Below are positions 46,634-55,842 of a DNA stretch of 64,000 bases, one piece after another. The notes beneath the pieces are model-generated. The model had not been told where the DNA came from and did no database searches. It worked only from the letters and a program-made list of their open reading frames with translations. The translations under genes and the position numbers were made by a program. Numbering within the stretch: position 1 is the stretch's first letter; each line of letters begins with the position of its first letter. Source of the DNA: Acidobacteriota bacterium (GTDB lineage Bacteria > Acidobacteriota > Holophagae > Acanthopleuribacterales > Acanthopleuribacteraceae); NCBI GenBank assembly GCA_020439745.1, contig JAGQSC010000013.1, forward strand, positions 61,173-125,172. The letters run 5' to 3'.

Positions 46634-48183
46634 ACCATCGAGTTGCCATTTTTGACACGACCCTGCGCGACGGGGAACAGTCGCCGGGCGCCAGCATGAC
46701 CATCGATGAAAAGGTAGTCATCGCCAAAGCTCTGGAAGATTTGGGCGTAGACATTATCGAAGCCGGATTTCCCATTGCATCTGAAGGTGATTTCGAGGCC
46801 GTTCAGCGGGTCGCTCAATCCGTAATGCGAGCCACGGTCGCTGGCTTGGCTAGGTGTCATCCAAAAGACATCGAGCGTGCCTGGCAGGCATTGGCACATG
46901 CGCTGCGACCACGCATTCATGTCTTTCTGGCCACCAGTCCCATTCATCGTCAATACAAACTGAACCTTTCCAAGCAACAGGTATTGGCACGCGTGGCGGA
47001 AGGCGTGGCCATGGCTCGCCGCCTTTGCGACGATGTTGAGTTTTCAGCCGAAGATGCAGCCCGCACGGAACCAGAATTCCTGGTTGAGGTGGCACAAGTC
47101 GCATTGGCTGCCGGTGCGACCACGTTTAACGTTCCAGACACCGTCGGATACACGACGCCTGATCAATTCGGCGATCTCGTCGATCGGCTCATGCAAGATC
47201 TTCCGCAGTTTCAACAGGCCGTTTTGTCGGTTCATTGCCACAATGATCTCGGGTTGGCGGTCGCCAATAGCTTGGCCGCGGTCAAGGCAGGTGCCCGTCA
47301 AGTGGAGTGCACCATCAACGGAATCGGCGAACGTGCGGGCAACTGTGCCCTGGAAGAAGTGGTGATGGCATTAAGAACCAGACACGATTTGTTTGGCCTC
47401 GAAACCGGCATTGACAGCAGGCGCATATTCAGCACCAGTCAACTGGTCTCGCGGGTAACAGGCTTGCACGTGCAGAGGAACAAAGCCATCGTTGGGCAGA
47501 ACGCTTTTGCTCACGAAGCAGGTATCCACCAGCATGGCGTGCTGCAATGTCAAGAGACCTACGAAATCATGAAACCTGAAGACGTAGGGGTGGCCTCGAG
47601 CCAGTTGGTTTTGGGCAAGCACAGCGGTCGGCATGCGTTCAAGGACTGGTTGAACAAGCAATCCTTTGAATTGAGCGATGCACACTTTGAAAAGACATTT
47701 GCAGCCTTCAAAGCACTCGCAGACAAAAAGAAGACCATCTATGAATCCGATTTGTTGGCCCTGGTTGAGGGCGAACTCCAGTCCACGACAGGACCTTGGC
47801 GAATCGCATCACTGCATACAAGCGCGGGTACGGGCACACCGCCCACTGCAGCGATTTCCCTCATGGACGAGCGAAATGTGGTGCACGAAGAGGCCGCCTG
47901 CGGGGATGGTCCTGTGGATGCACTCTTTAAAGCGATTGAACGGGCAACGGGTGTTCGCGCTGTCCTTAAGAGTTACGAGATACGCAGCGTGACGTCTGGA
48001 CGGGACGCCCAGGGCGAAGTTTCCATCGAGGTCAGCCACGGCGATCAAACCTACCGTGGCCGCAGTTTCTCAACCGACATCATTGAAGCCAGTGGCCACG
48101 CCATGATCCAGGTGATCAATCGACTGTGCCGCAAAGCACAGAACGAAGCCGACCATCTGGCCGAGGCATACCATGCCAGTTAA
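46630..48183 (+). CDS. leuA: 2-isopropylmalate synthase
   Basis: VAIFDTTLRDGEQSPGASM, HCHNDLGLAVANSLAAV and a C-terminal LeuA dimerisation/regulatory domain. GTGA overlap with ilvM. Confidence 0.9.
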   Translation: MNHRVAIFDTTLRDGEQSPGASMTIDEKVVIAKALEDLGVDIIEAGFPIASEGDFEAVQRVAQSVMRATVAGLARCHPKDIERAWQALAHALRPRIHVFLATSPIHRQYKLNLSKQQVLARVAEGVAMARRLCDDVEFSAEDAARTEPEFLVEVAQVALAAGATTFNVPDTVGYTTPDQFGDLVDRLMQDLPQFQQAVLSVHCHNDLGLAVANSLAAVKAGARQVECTINGIGERAGNCALEEVVMALRTRHDLFGLETGIDSRRIFSTSQLVSRVTGLHVQRNKAIVGQNAFAHEAGIHQHGVLQCQETYEIMKPEDVGVASSQLVLGKHSGRHAFKDWLNKQSFELSDAHFEKTFAAFKALADKKKTIYESDLLALVEGELQSTTGPWRIASLHTSAGTGTPPTAAISLMDERNVVHEEAACGDGPVDALFKAIERATGVRAVLKSYEIRSVTSGRDAQGEVSIEVSHGDQTYRGRSFSTDIIEASGHAMIQVINRLCRKAQNEADHLAEAYHAS

Positions 48184-49744
48184 GCTCTACGACACCACCT
48201 TACGCGACGGTGCACAAGGGATGGGTATCTCTTATTCCCTAAGTGACAAGCTTCAGATCACGCAACACTTGGCTGCAATTGGGATCCCCTACATCGAAGG
48301 GGGATGGCCCGGTTCAAATCCGAAAGACACGAGCTATTTTCAAGCAGTCAAGGAACTGGAACATGGTACCAGCAAAATCGTCGCCTTTGGCAGTACCCGC
48401 CATCCAAATAAGCGGGTGACCAAGGATCGGCAAATTCAAGCTTTGCTGGAGGCACAAACTGATGTGGTAGCCATTGTGGGCAAAGCCTGGGACCTGCACG
48501 TGGAGCAAGTACTCGAAACAGATTTCGACACCAACTTGACCATGATCTGGGAAACCATTGTCGTCTTAAAAGAAAGAGGCAAGGAGGTGATCTTTGATGC
48601 TGAACATTTCTTCGACGGGTATCGTGCCAATCCAGGCTATGCGCTGCATGTGCTTGAGACCGCGGCCGACGCAGGTGCAGACTGGCTGGTGTTGTGCGAT
48701 ACCAATGGCGGCAGCATGCCGCATCAAATCAGAAGCGCTGTGCGAGCGGTGACCCAACACCTCGACACACCTTTGGGTATTCATACCCATAACGATGCCG
48801 AATTGGCCGTGGCCAACGCATTAGAAGCCTATCGTTCGGGTGCCTTGATGATTCAGGGCACCATCAATGGATATGGGGAACGCTGCGGCAATGCCAACCT
48901 GACCAGCTTAATCCCCACCCTACAACTCAAACTGGGTGTGAACTGCATACCCGCGCAAGCACTTGCAAATTTGACTCATGTCTCCAAAACCGTAGGAGAA
49001 ATCGCCAATATGAAACCGCTCCCCTGTGCGCCATACGTAGGTTCCGCGGCCTTTGCCCACAAAGGCGGGATTCACGTGGCTGCCGTGGAGAAGAATCCAG
49101 CCAGCTACGAGCACATCGCTCCCGACCAAGTAGGCAATAGCCGCCAAGTTTTGGTATCGGAACTCAGCGGTCGATCCAATCTGAAATACCTTTTGGAGAG
49201 ATCCGCAACGCGGCACCTTGAAACCGAGGTCTTGAAACGCATCAAGGAGATGGAGGCATACGGTTACCAGTTTGAAGCCGCGGACGCCAGCCTGGAACTG
49301 CTGGTTCAACGGCTACAAGACCCATCCAAACCTCCTTTTCAGCTGATTCAAGCCATGGTCTATTCGGACCGACGTCCGGGCTCGTCAACTGCTGAAGCGA
49401 TGGTGAAAATCGAGATCGACCATGAAGTCATTCAAACTGCGTCGTCGGGGGTTGGTCCCGTTCATGCTTTGGATGAAGCCATCCGAAAAGCGCTATGCCC
49501 TGTGTTCGTTGAACTGGAATCTGTACGCCTCATGGATTACAAGGTGCGAATTTTGGATCCCGATCAAGCTACAAAAGCCGTGACCCGTGTGCTTGTGGAA
49601 GCCGTGTCCGAAACACACAGTTGGACCACCGTCGGTTGTGGACCAGACATTATTCAAGCCAGCGCGGAGGCGTTGGAAGATACCTATATCTATTGCCTGA
49701 GCAAAATCAGTAAAGGAGACAAACATGTCAATGCAGCCTGTTGA
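48173..49744 (+). CDS. cimA: (R)-citramalate synthase (LeuA-family type 2)
   Basis: MPVKLYDTTLRDGAQGMGISYSLSDKLQITQ..IEGGWPGSNPKD closely parallels Geobacter/Leptospira CimA N-termini. Second DRE-TIM paralog next to leuA. Confidence 0.8.
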   Translation: MPVKLYDTTLRDGAQGMGISYSLSDKLQITQHLAAIGIPYIEGGWPGSNPKDTSYFQAVKELEHGTSKIVAFGSTRHPNKRVTKDRQIQALLEAQTDVVAIVGKAWDLHVEQVLETDFDTNLTMIWETIVVLKERGKEVIFDAEHFFDGYRANPGYALHVLETAADAGADWLVLCDTNGGSMPHQIRSAVRAVTQHLDTPLGIHTHNDAELAVANALEAYRSGALMIQGTINGYGERCGNANLTSLIPTLQLKLGVNCIPAQALANLTHVSKTVGEIANMKPLPCAPYVGSAAFAHKGGIHVAAVEKNPASYEHIAPDQVGNSRQVLVSELSGRSNLKYLLERSATRHLETEVLKRIKEMEAYGYQFEAADASLELLVQRLQDPSKPPFQLIQAMVYSDRRPGSSTAEAMVKIEIDHEVIQTASSGVGPVHALDEAIRKALCPVFVELESVRLMDYKVRILDPDQATKAVTRVLVEAVSETHSWTTVGCGPDIIQASAEALEDTYIYCLSKISKGDKHVNAAC

Positions 49745-50666
49745 ATTCATCTGGCACAACGGAACCTGGGTCCGTTGGGAAGAAGCCACGGTTCACGTGC
49801 TCTCACACGCCATTCACTATGGAACCTCCGTCTTTGAGGGCATCCGTGCCTATGAAACCCCAAAAGGTACTGCCGTGTTTCGATTGGACGACCACATGAA
49901 ACGATTCATGGAATCTGCTCATATCTATGATTTTCGTTTGAAATTCACGCAGGCTGAACTCACCGAGGCGGTTCTGGGTTGCCTCCAACGCAACGAGCTC
50001 CGTTCTGCTTATGTTCGTCCCCTGGCTATGTACGGCTACGGCGGTATGGGTTTGCTTCCTCCCGAAGATGCGTCCGCAGATGTGTATATCGCTGCCTTTC
50101 CGTGGGGTGCATACCTGGGCGAGGACAGCGTTAAAAACGGTGTGGATGCAGGCGTGTCTACTTGGCGACGACCCGCACCGGGTACATTGCCGACCACTGC
50201 AAAGGCGGGCGGTCATTACCTTTCCTCGCGTCTAATTGCTGCTGAAGCGAAGCGGCACGGGTACCGAGAAGGCATCGCACTGGATGTACATGGTTTTGTC
50301 AGCGAAGGCCCGGGCGAGAACATCTTCCTCGTGCGCAACGGTGTGATTTATACACCCGACCATAGTCATTCCCTGCTGACCGGTATCACCCGCGACACCG
50401 TCATGACACTGGCACGTTCGCTTGGTTTGGAAGTTCGCGAGTCAAGTATTCCTCGGGAATACCTCTATTTAGCCGATGAAATGTTCTTTACCGGTACGGC
50501 CGCTGAAGTAGTTCCCATCCGCACGATTGACGGACGTCAAGTGGGAGGTGGTGAAAGCGGACCGATCACCAAGCAGATTCAAGAGGCATTTTTTGGACTG
50601 TTCGATGGCACCACTGCGGATCACTGGTCCTGGCTACAGCACGTGGAATCCATGGTGACCTCATGA
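49725..50666 (+). CDS. ilvE: Branched-chain amino acid aminotransferase (fold type IV)
   Basis: [36 protein letters not shown] and the [10 protein letters not shown] motif. 20-nt overlap with cimA. Confidence 0.9.
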   Translation: MSMQPVEFIWHNGTWVRWEEATVHVLSHAIHYGTSVFEGIRAYETPKGTAVFRLDDHMKRFMESAHIYDFRLKFTQAELTEAVLGCLQRNELRSAYVRPLAMYGYGGMGLLPPEDASADVYIAAFPWGAYLGEDSVKNGVDAGVSTWRRPAPGTLPTTAKAGGHYLSSRLIAAEAKRHGYREGIALDVHGFVSEGPGENIFLVRNGVIYTPDHSHSLLTGITRDTVMTLARSLGLEVRESSIPREYLYLADEMFFTGTAAEVVPIRTIDGRQVGGGESGPITKQIQEAFFGLFDGTTADHWSWLQHVESMVTS

Positions 50667-52024
50667 GCCAAACGCTGTTCGACAAGATCTGGGAACGACA
50701 CGTGGTTGTGCCAGAAAAAGACGACCACCCCGCCGTGATCTACATCGATCTTCATCTCATCCACGAAGTCACGTCGCCACAGGCATTCACAGCGTTGAAG
50801 GAAAACAACCTAACTGTTCGTTGTCCACAAAAGACGTTGGGTACCGCCGATCACTCCATTCCAACCAACCCCACCCGCCAGTTCGCCGATCAACAAGCCG
50901 CAGATCAGGTATCCCGCTTGTTGGAGAATTGCAGGGAACACGGTATACGTTGCCTGGATTTGAATGATCCGGCACAGGGCATCGTGCATGTGGTGGGCCC
51001 TGAACTTGGTTATACCCAACCGGGCATGACCATCGTTTGTGGCGACAGTCATACCAGCACTCACGGCGCGTTCGGCGCGTTGGCTTTTGGCATTGGTACC
51101 AGCGAAGTGACGGGTGTGTTGGCCACCCAGTGCTTGTTGCAACGAAAACCCAAAACCCTTTCGATTACTCTTGAAGGCACGTTAGCACCCTTGGTCACGG
51201 CTAAGGATGTGGCACTCCATGTGATTGCAAAGTTAGGCGCAGGTGGCGGCGCAGGTTTTGTGATTGAGTTTCGCGGCGAAGTGGTGCGGGGATTCTCCAT
51301 GGAATCGCGGATGACCTTATGCAACATGTCGATTGAAGCAGGTGCTCGGGCCGGCATGGTCGCTCCCGACGATGTGACTTTTGCCTACCTCCGCTCAAAG
51401 TTAGGCGAAGATTGGCAACCCCAGTCATGGCAGCGAGAGACCAGTGACCCAAAGGCCCGTTTCGATCGGGAAGTGTTCTTGGACGTCTCCGAACTCACGC
51501 CCGTCATCACGTACGGAACTTCGCCTGACCAATCCCTTCCGATCCATGCCAATATCCCCAGTGATGCGGCGTCCAGGTGTCTTGATTACATGGGATTTGA
51601 ATCCGGAGGCTCATTAACCGGAATCAAAGTAGACGTGGTGTTTGTGGGCAGCTGTACCAATGGACGCATTGAGGACCTAAGACTGGCCGCGAAGATTTTG
51701 GAAGGAAAGAAGGTAGCAGCTCACACAAGAATGTTGATTGTTCCCGGGTCTGGCGCCGTGAAAAGGGCCGCAGAGGCTGAAGGACTGGACCGTGTGTTCA
51801 TGGAAGCTGGCGCGGAATGGCGCGAACCGGGTTGTTCCATGTGTATCGCCATGAATGGCGACCAACTTCAGCCAGGTCAACTGGCGGTTAGCACCAGCAA
51901 CCGCAATTTTGAAGGCCGACAAGGTCCGGGCGGGAGAACCATGTTGGCTAGCCCAGCCACAGCTGCGGCATGCGCCGTGGCCGGAGCCGTGGCCGACCCG
52001 CGTTTTCTGGAGGTAACGGCATGA
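50663..52024 (+). CDS. leuC: 3-isopropylmalate dehydratase large subunit
   Basis: [27 protein letters not shown], and aconitase-family Cys ligands (GDSHT.., [15 protein letters not shown]). Confidence 0.95.
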   Translation: MSQTLFDKIWERHVVVPEKDDHPAVIYIDLHLIHEVTSPQAFTALKENNLTVRCPQKTLGTADHSIPTNPTRQFADQQAADQVSRLLENCREHGIRCLDLNDPAQGIVHVVGPELGYTQPGMTIVCGDSHTSTHGAFGALAFGIGTSEVTGVLATQCLLQRKPKTLSITLEGTLAPLVTAKDVALHVIAKLGAGGGAGFVIEFRGEVVRGFSMESRMTLCNMSIEAGARAGMVAPDDVTFAYLRSKLGEDWQPQSWQRETSDPKARFDREVFLDVSELTPVITYGTSPDQSLPIHANIPSDAASRCLDYMGFESGGSLTGIKVDVVFVGSCTNGRIEDLRLAAKILEGKKVAAHTRMLIVPGSGAVKRAAEAEGLDRVFMEAGAEWREPGCSMCIAMNGDQLQPGQLAVSTSNRNFEGRQGPGGRTMLASPATAAACAVAGAVADPRFLEVTA

Positions 52025-52590
52025 AACCCATCAGAATGTTCCAAGGTATGGCGGCGGCGCTGATGCGTTCCGACGTAGATACGGACCAAATCATCCCCGC
52101 CCGTTTCCTCAAAGTCACCACCAAAGATGGACTTGGGAGGCACCTGTTCTCAGACTGGCGTTACCACGCCGACGGATCACCTGACCCAGAATTTGTCCTG
52201 AACAAGAATCCGGAAGCCACGGCGTTGGTGGTAGGCGACAATTTCGGTTGCGGGTCCTCCCGTGAACATGCGCCATGGGCCCTACTCGATTACGGTATTC
52301 GCGTCCTTATTGGCAGCGGGTTCGCCGATATTTTTCGCAGTAACGCACTGCGAAATGGGTTGGTGGCCATTAACCTTGCCATCGAGGAGCGCGATCGTCT
52401 GGCAGCGCTTTGTCCCGACGAAATTTCAGTCAATGTTTTTGACCAATATGTGCGGTTTGGCGACGGCAAAAGCACTACATTTCAATTAGAGCCGTTTGCA
52501 CGGCATTGTTTGCTGCACGGCATGAACTCCTTGGACTTTCTTATCTCTCATTCCAAGGCAATTGATTTTTACGAGGAGGTTCATTCATGA
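52021..52590 (+). CDS. leuD: 3-isopropylmalate dehydratase small subunit
   Basis: Internal ATG at 52021 forms an ATGA overlap with leu[15 protein letters not shown] and [17 protein letters not shown]. Confidence 0.9.
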   Translation: MKPIRMFQGMAAALMRSDVDTDQIIPARFLKVTTKDGLGRHLFSDWRYHADGSPDPEFVLNKNPEATALVVGDNFGCGSSREHAPWALLDYGIRVLIGSGFADIFRSNALRNGLVAINLAIEERDRLAALCPDEISVNVFDQYVRFGDGKSTTFQLEPFARHCLLHGMNSLDFLISHSKAIDFYEEVHS

Positions 52591-53666
52591 AAGCGACTAT
52601 TACCCTTCTGCCCGGTGACGGCATCGGCCCGGAAGTAACCCACGAAGCGAAGCGTGTCTTATTAGCCATTGCCGAGTTCTTCGGACATCAATTCGAGATG
52701 CGCGAAGCCTATTTAGGCGGCTGCGCTATGGACTATTGCGGTGAGCCGCTACCCGAGCGCACCGCCCAACTGTGCCTGGAATCAGATGCGGTGTTACTAG
52801 GCGCCATCGGCGGTCCCAAATGGGATAACCCCAAAGCCACGGTGCGCCCGGAACAAGGACTCTTAGGACTCAGAAAGTTGTTGGATGTGTATGCCAATCT
52901 GAGGCCGGTACGTGCCTTTGAGCCCCTATTTCATGCGTCGCCGTTAAAACCCGAACGCATTCAAGGGGTGGACATTGCTGTAGTTCGTGAACTCACATCC
53001 GGCATCTATTTTGGACAGAAAACGAGAACGTCCGATACCGCTACCGATGAATGTATCTACACCAAGGATGAGATCGAACGGATTGCCCGGTTTGCCTTCG
53101 AATTGGCGCGCACACGGACAGGACACGTGGTTTCGGTGGATAAAGCCAATGTCCTGGAAACCTCACGTCTGTGGCGCGAAACCGTGACCCAACTGGCCGA
53201 GCGTGAGTATCCAACCTTGCACCTGGAACACATGCTGGTGGACGCAGCCGCCATGAAGCTCATTCAACAGCCCAGCTACTTTGATGTGTTGGTCACCGAA
53301 AACATGTTTGGCGACATCCTAACCGATGAAGCCTCGGTGATATCCGGATCACTTGGCGTGTTGCCATCCGCATCACTGGGCGAAGGACATCGCGGCTTGT
53401 ACGAACCGGTACACGGATCAGCACCAGACATCGCAGGCCTCGGCATCGCCAATCCCATCGGCGCCATCCTTAGTGTGGCACTGATGCTGCGCCATTCCTT
53501 TGCGCTGGAAACCGAGGCCCAGGCCGTGGAAACGGCGGTGGTGGAAGTGATGCGCGCGGGCATGTTCACACCTGATGTAGCCCTACCAGAACACGGTCAA
53601 GTGACCACACGTCAAGTCGGCGAAGCAGTGATTGCGGCGATTACGGCCAACGAGGCCTGGTACTAA
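52587..53666 (+). CDS. leuB: 3-isopropylmalate dehydrogenase
   Basis: ITLLPGDGIGPEV, NLRPV, MFGDILTDEAS, GSAPDIAG. ATGA overlap with leuD. Confidence 0.95.
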   Translation: MKATITLLPGDGIGPEVTHEAKRVLLAIAEFFGHQFEMREAYLGGCAMDYCGEPLPERTAQLCLESDAVLLGAIGGPKWDNPKATVRPEQGLLGLRKLLDVYANLRPVRAFEPLFHASPLKPERIQGVDIAVVRELTSGIYFGQKTRTSDTATDECIYTKDEIERIARFAFELARTRTGHVVSVDKANVLETSRLWRETVTQLAEREYPTLHLEHMLVDAAAMKLIQQPSYFDVLVTENMFGDILTDEASVISGSLGVLPSASLGEGHRGLYEPVHGSAPDIAGLGIANPIGAILSVALMLRHSFALETEAQAVETAVVEVMRAGMFTPDVALPEHGQVTTRQVGEAVIAAITANEAWY

Positions 53667-53671
53667 CAAAA

Positions 53672-53698
53672 AAGGTGGGACGACCATCGTCCCACCTT
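53672..53698. terminator. Hairpin between convergent leuB and GFA-family gene
   Basis: 11-bp stem AAGGTGGGACG (53672-53682) / CGTCCCACCTT (53688-53698) with a 5-nt loop. A-run on the 5' side gives a U-tract for the minus-strand transcript. The U-tract on the plus side is weak. Confidence 0.5.
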
Positions 53699-53726
53699 CC
53701 TTACTAAATCTTTTGGTTACAAACGA

Positions 53727-54200
53727 TCAAGCCGTCTTAGCGATGGCCGCCTTCAATCTCGACAAAGATTCCTCGGGCCATAAGTCCTTGAAGCGGTAGA
53801 TCCCCTCAAATGAGGGAACATTGTCGGGAAGCGCGACCCAAGGCTGTTTGGTGGACGTGTAGATGTGTACATCGGGCGTGACCGCGGTCGGGTCGTTCAA
53901 CGTGCCCACCCTCAAAAAGGCGATGGCGGGACCTCCGCCGCCATAGTGGCTCCACAGCGCCACCTGGCAGGTGGGACAGCGATGGATCAATTGGCCCTTC
54001 CCACTTTCAGAGGGTGTCTCGACCATATGGGTAGTGCCCTTGCTTAGCTCGATGGCATCGGATTCCACAATGGCGTTGAGCACAAATGCCGAACCTGTTT
54101 CCCGTTGACACCAGGTGCAATGACAACAGTGAACGAACATGGGCGGTTGGGTAATCTGATATTGGATTTCTCCGCAGGTGCAATGTCCATTCATGGTCAA
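53727..54200 (-). CDS. GFA (glutathione-dependent formaldehyde-activating / CENP-V-like) family protein
   Basis: Cys-rich zinc motifs GHCTCGEIQY.., VHCCHCTWCQRETGSAF, CPTCQ. Confidence 0.8.
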   Translation of the reverse strand: MTMNGHCTCGEIQYQITQPPMFVHCCHCTWCQRETGSAFVLNAIVESDAIELSKGTTHMVETPSESGKGQLIHRCPTCQVALWSHYGGGGPAIAFLRVGTLNDPTAVTPDVHIYTSTKQPWVALPDNVPSFEGIYRFKDLWPEESLSRLKAAIAKTA

Positions 54201-54415
54201 TCCATGGCACAGGAGCCTGGACCTCGGGGATCACCGCAAGTCCCGCACGCCGACGGCCCGGACCAGTCCGGCATGGATTTGGACGTGGCAAAGCCGGTGG
54301 GTTGTTTGGCCAACTCCACCGATCCACAGCTGGGGCATTGAGACTGTTCACCTGAAAAGACCAACGCCTCGAATTGGTGTTGGCATTGTTGGCACTGATA
54401 CACGTAAATGGGCAC
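54197..54415 (-). CDS. FmdB-family zinc-ribbon protein
   Basis: GGAGG, 5 nt, then a GTG start. (M)PIYVYQCQQCQHQFEALV..CPSCGS matches the FmdB CxxC..CxxC signature. ATGA overlap with the downstream GFA gene. Confidence 0.75.
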   Translation of the reverse strand: MPIYVYQCQQCQHQFEALVFSGEQSQCPSCGSVELAKQPTGFATSKSMPDWSGPSACGTCGDPRGPGSCAMD

Positions 54416-54474
54416 GATCACCTCCATCAAGTGAATTATAGGCCCACCCATGCCCGACAGGATAGTGGCCGACA

Positions 54475-54840
54475 GGTCCCGTAGGGACCGGGTATCGAAG
54501 CGCGGCGCTTAAGCGCCGGGTTACGAAGAAAAATTGCACGAGTCCCGAAGGGACGGTGTAATTGTTTCTGAAAATTTGGTCGGCCAAATCTCTAAACGCG
54601 AAATAGGGGGCGAACAACACGCGAAGAGGCTAAGGCCTTCAATCCCAGCGGGATTGCGCAACATAGCCAGTGGTTGGCCCGCGGCACGCGGGGCTACCAC
54701 TGGAATCTGATCCAACACCAATAGAACCCCATCGGGGTTCCGCATTTTTCATGTCCATGAATAAGGAAATGTGACTCATGACCACAAATGATGAGTGCCA
54801 CATAAACTGAGTTGGCTCAAGGCGAAACCCCTATGGGGTT
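54475..54840. repeat. Hairpin-dense non-coding tract (REP-like palindromic units)
   Basis: At least 8 short GC-rich palindromes: 54475-54489, 54503-54518 (perfect 16-mer CGGCGCTTAAGCGCCG), 54542-54554, 54574-54589, 54641-54655, 54667-54703, 54724-54740 and 54826-54840. Two unit types each occur twice: GTCCCG-N-AGGGAC and AACCCC-NNN-GGGGTT. Confidence 0.45.
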
Positions 54841-54913
54841 CACGTCTCTTTTCCCAATTACCAGCTAGATTGAGTTCGTCAATGAGAAAGTAGTCGGCAA
54901 GGCAGCCATCTTC

Positions 54914-54969
54914 GCCCGCAGGGCGATCGGTCTTAGACCAGGGTGACGAGCAACGCGAGGAGCCCTGGG
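54914..54969. repeat. Left inverted repeat flanking the Y1-transposase-like gene
   Basis: GCCCGCAGGGCGATCGGTCTTAGACCAGGGTGACGAG..CCCTGGG. Its reverse-complement partner is at 55523-55571. Confidence 0.6.
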
Positions 54970-55006
54970 TGCCTTTATTCTGTATAAAAGCCCGTTAGGG
55001 CGGCCG

Positions 55007-55471
55007 TCAGTCAGGCTGCCAAACTTGTGTCAAAGAAACAGGATCCCACATCCATTGAAATCCCCATTTCTTGGCCAAGTCTCTCATTTCTTCGTCGGTC
55101 GACTTATGCATGTGATGATGCTTTTGGTTGGCCACGTACCCTTTCAACCTATCCAATTGAGAAATCGAGCATGAGAAACCACCATATCCTGCTTGCCATT
55201 TGAAATCAGGTTCTATTCTTTTCATCCAAGACGACGATGCTGCTTTAAGATCACGCACCAAACTGGTTAAAGCGACATCCTGATGCAAGCGAACGACAAG
55301 ATGAATATGGTCCTGGGTTCCATTAGCTTTAATCACGACAGACTTCCTTTTTCTAACAATACCTCCCATAAATGCTCGTAAGTTATCCTCGATTTCTTCA
55401 TGAATCCACAAATTTCGCCCATGAGTCGCAAAAACAATATGGACATATCATTGAACAAGACTATGACTCAT
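55007..55471 (-). pseudogene. IS200-like / REP-associated Y1 tyrosine transposase homolog with in-frame TGA at codon 8
   Basis: ATG at 55471 gives MSHSLVQ-TGA(55448-55450)-YVHIVFATHGRNLWIHEE.. in a single frame. HUH motif DHIHLVV. FKWQAGYGGFS. Catalytic-Tyr context KGYVANQKHHH. The track ORF (55007..55411) is only the TTG-initiated remainder. Confidence 0.75.
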
Positions 55472-55522
55472 ACGCTATTCACTCAGGTCGCCCTACCGGA
55501 CTTGGTATCTCAAAACCGACTA

Positions 55523-55571
55523 CCCAGGGTTCCTTCGTCACCCTGGGCTTAGACCGATTGCCCTTACGGGC
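55523..55571. repeat. Right inverted repeat flanking the Y1-transposase-like gene
   Basis: CCCAGGGTTCCTTCGTCACCCTGGGCTTAGACCGATTGCCCTTACGGGC. Its reverse complement aligns with 54914-54969 apart from a few mismatches and one short indel. Confidence 0.6.
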
Positions 55572-55842
55572 ATATTCTAACTTCACCGAGATTATTGACC
55601 TTAATTAATAAAACTCGATTCGGAATATTTGTCGAAACGATTGATTGGGTTTGGATTGAAGACAAAGAAGTGCAAAAAACGGGACTGAAGTTTGAATGCA
55701 TTCGCTATATGCTGCTATTCATCACGGCACTTATATCGTTGACCGCCTTGTGGACCCGGCGAACGGGCGCAGTAAGCGCGCCCATTAGCCAGACCATGCC
55801 TGGTCGAGTCCAAACCTGCCCTCACCTATCTATGCACTCCCC

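Larger units (their letters stand above)
54914..55571 (-). mobile_element. REP/RAYT-like module: Y1 (IS200-like) transposase pseudogene bracketed by imperfect inverted repeats
   Basis: Gene 55007-55471 is flanked by ~49-bp inverted repeats, each containing its own hairpin. No second IS gene (tnpB) is present. Confidence 0.55.

Noticed and set aside
48311-48321. GGTTCAAATCC, a tRNA T-arm-like sequence.
   Set aside because: It lies inside cimA, where it encodes the conserved GWPGSNPKD motif. No acceptor or anticodon stems can be drawn around it.
54348-54745. Minus-strand ORFs 54348..54620 (90 aa) and 54521..54745 (74 aa).
   Set aside because: The first overlaps the FmdB-like gene. Both run through the palindrome-rich tract, so their frames are a by-product of GC-rich hairpins. 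There is no SD or family motif.
55448-55450. TGA in the transposase-like gene read as Trp/Sec (recoding) rather than stop.
   Set aside because: TGA is used as an ordinary stop by many confident genes in this window (ilvG, ilvE, leuC, leuD and the DUF512 gene). No SECIS-like hairpin follows. Homologs have a hydrophobic residue at this position, not Trp, Cys or Sec.
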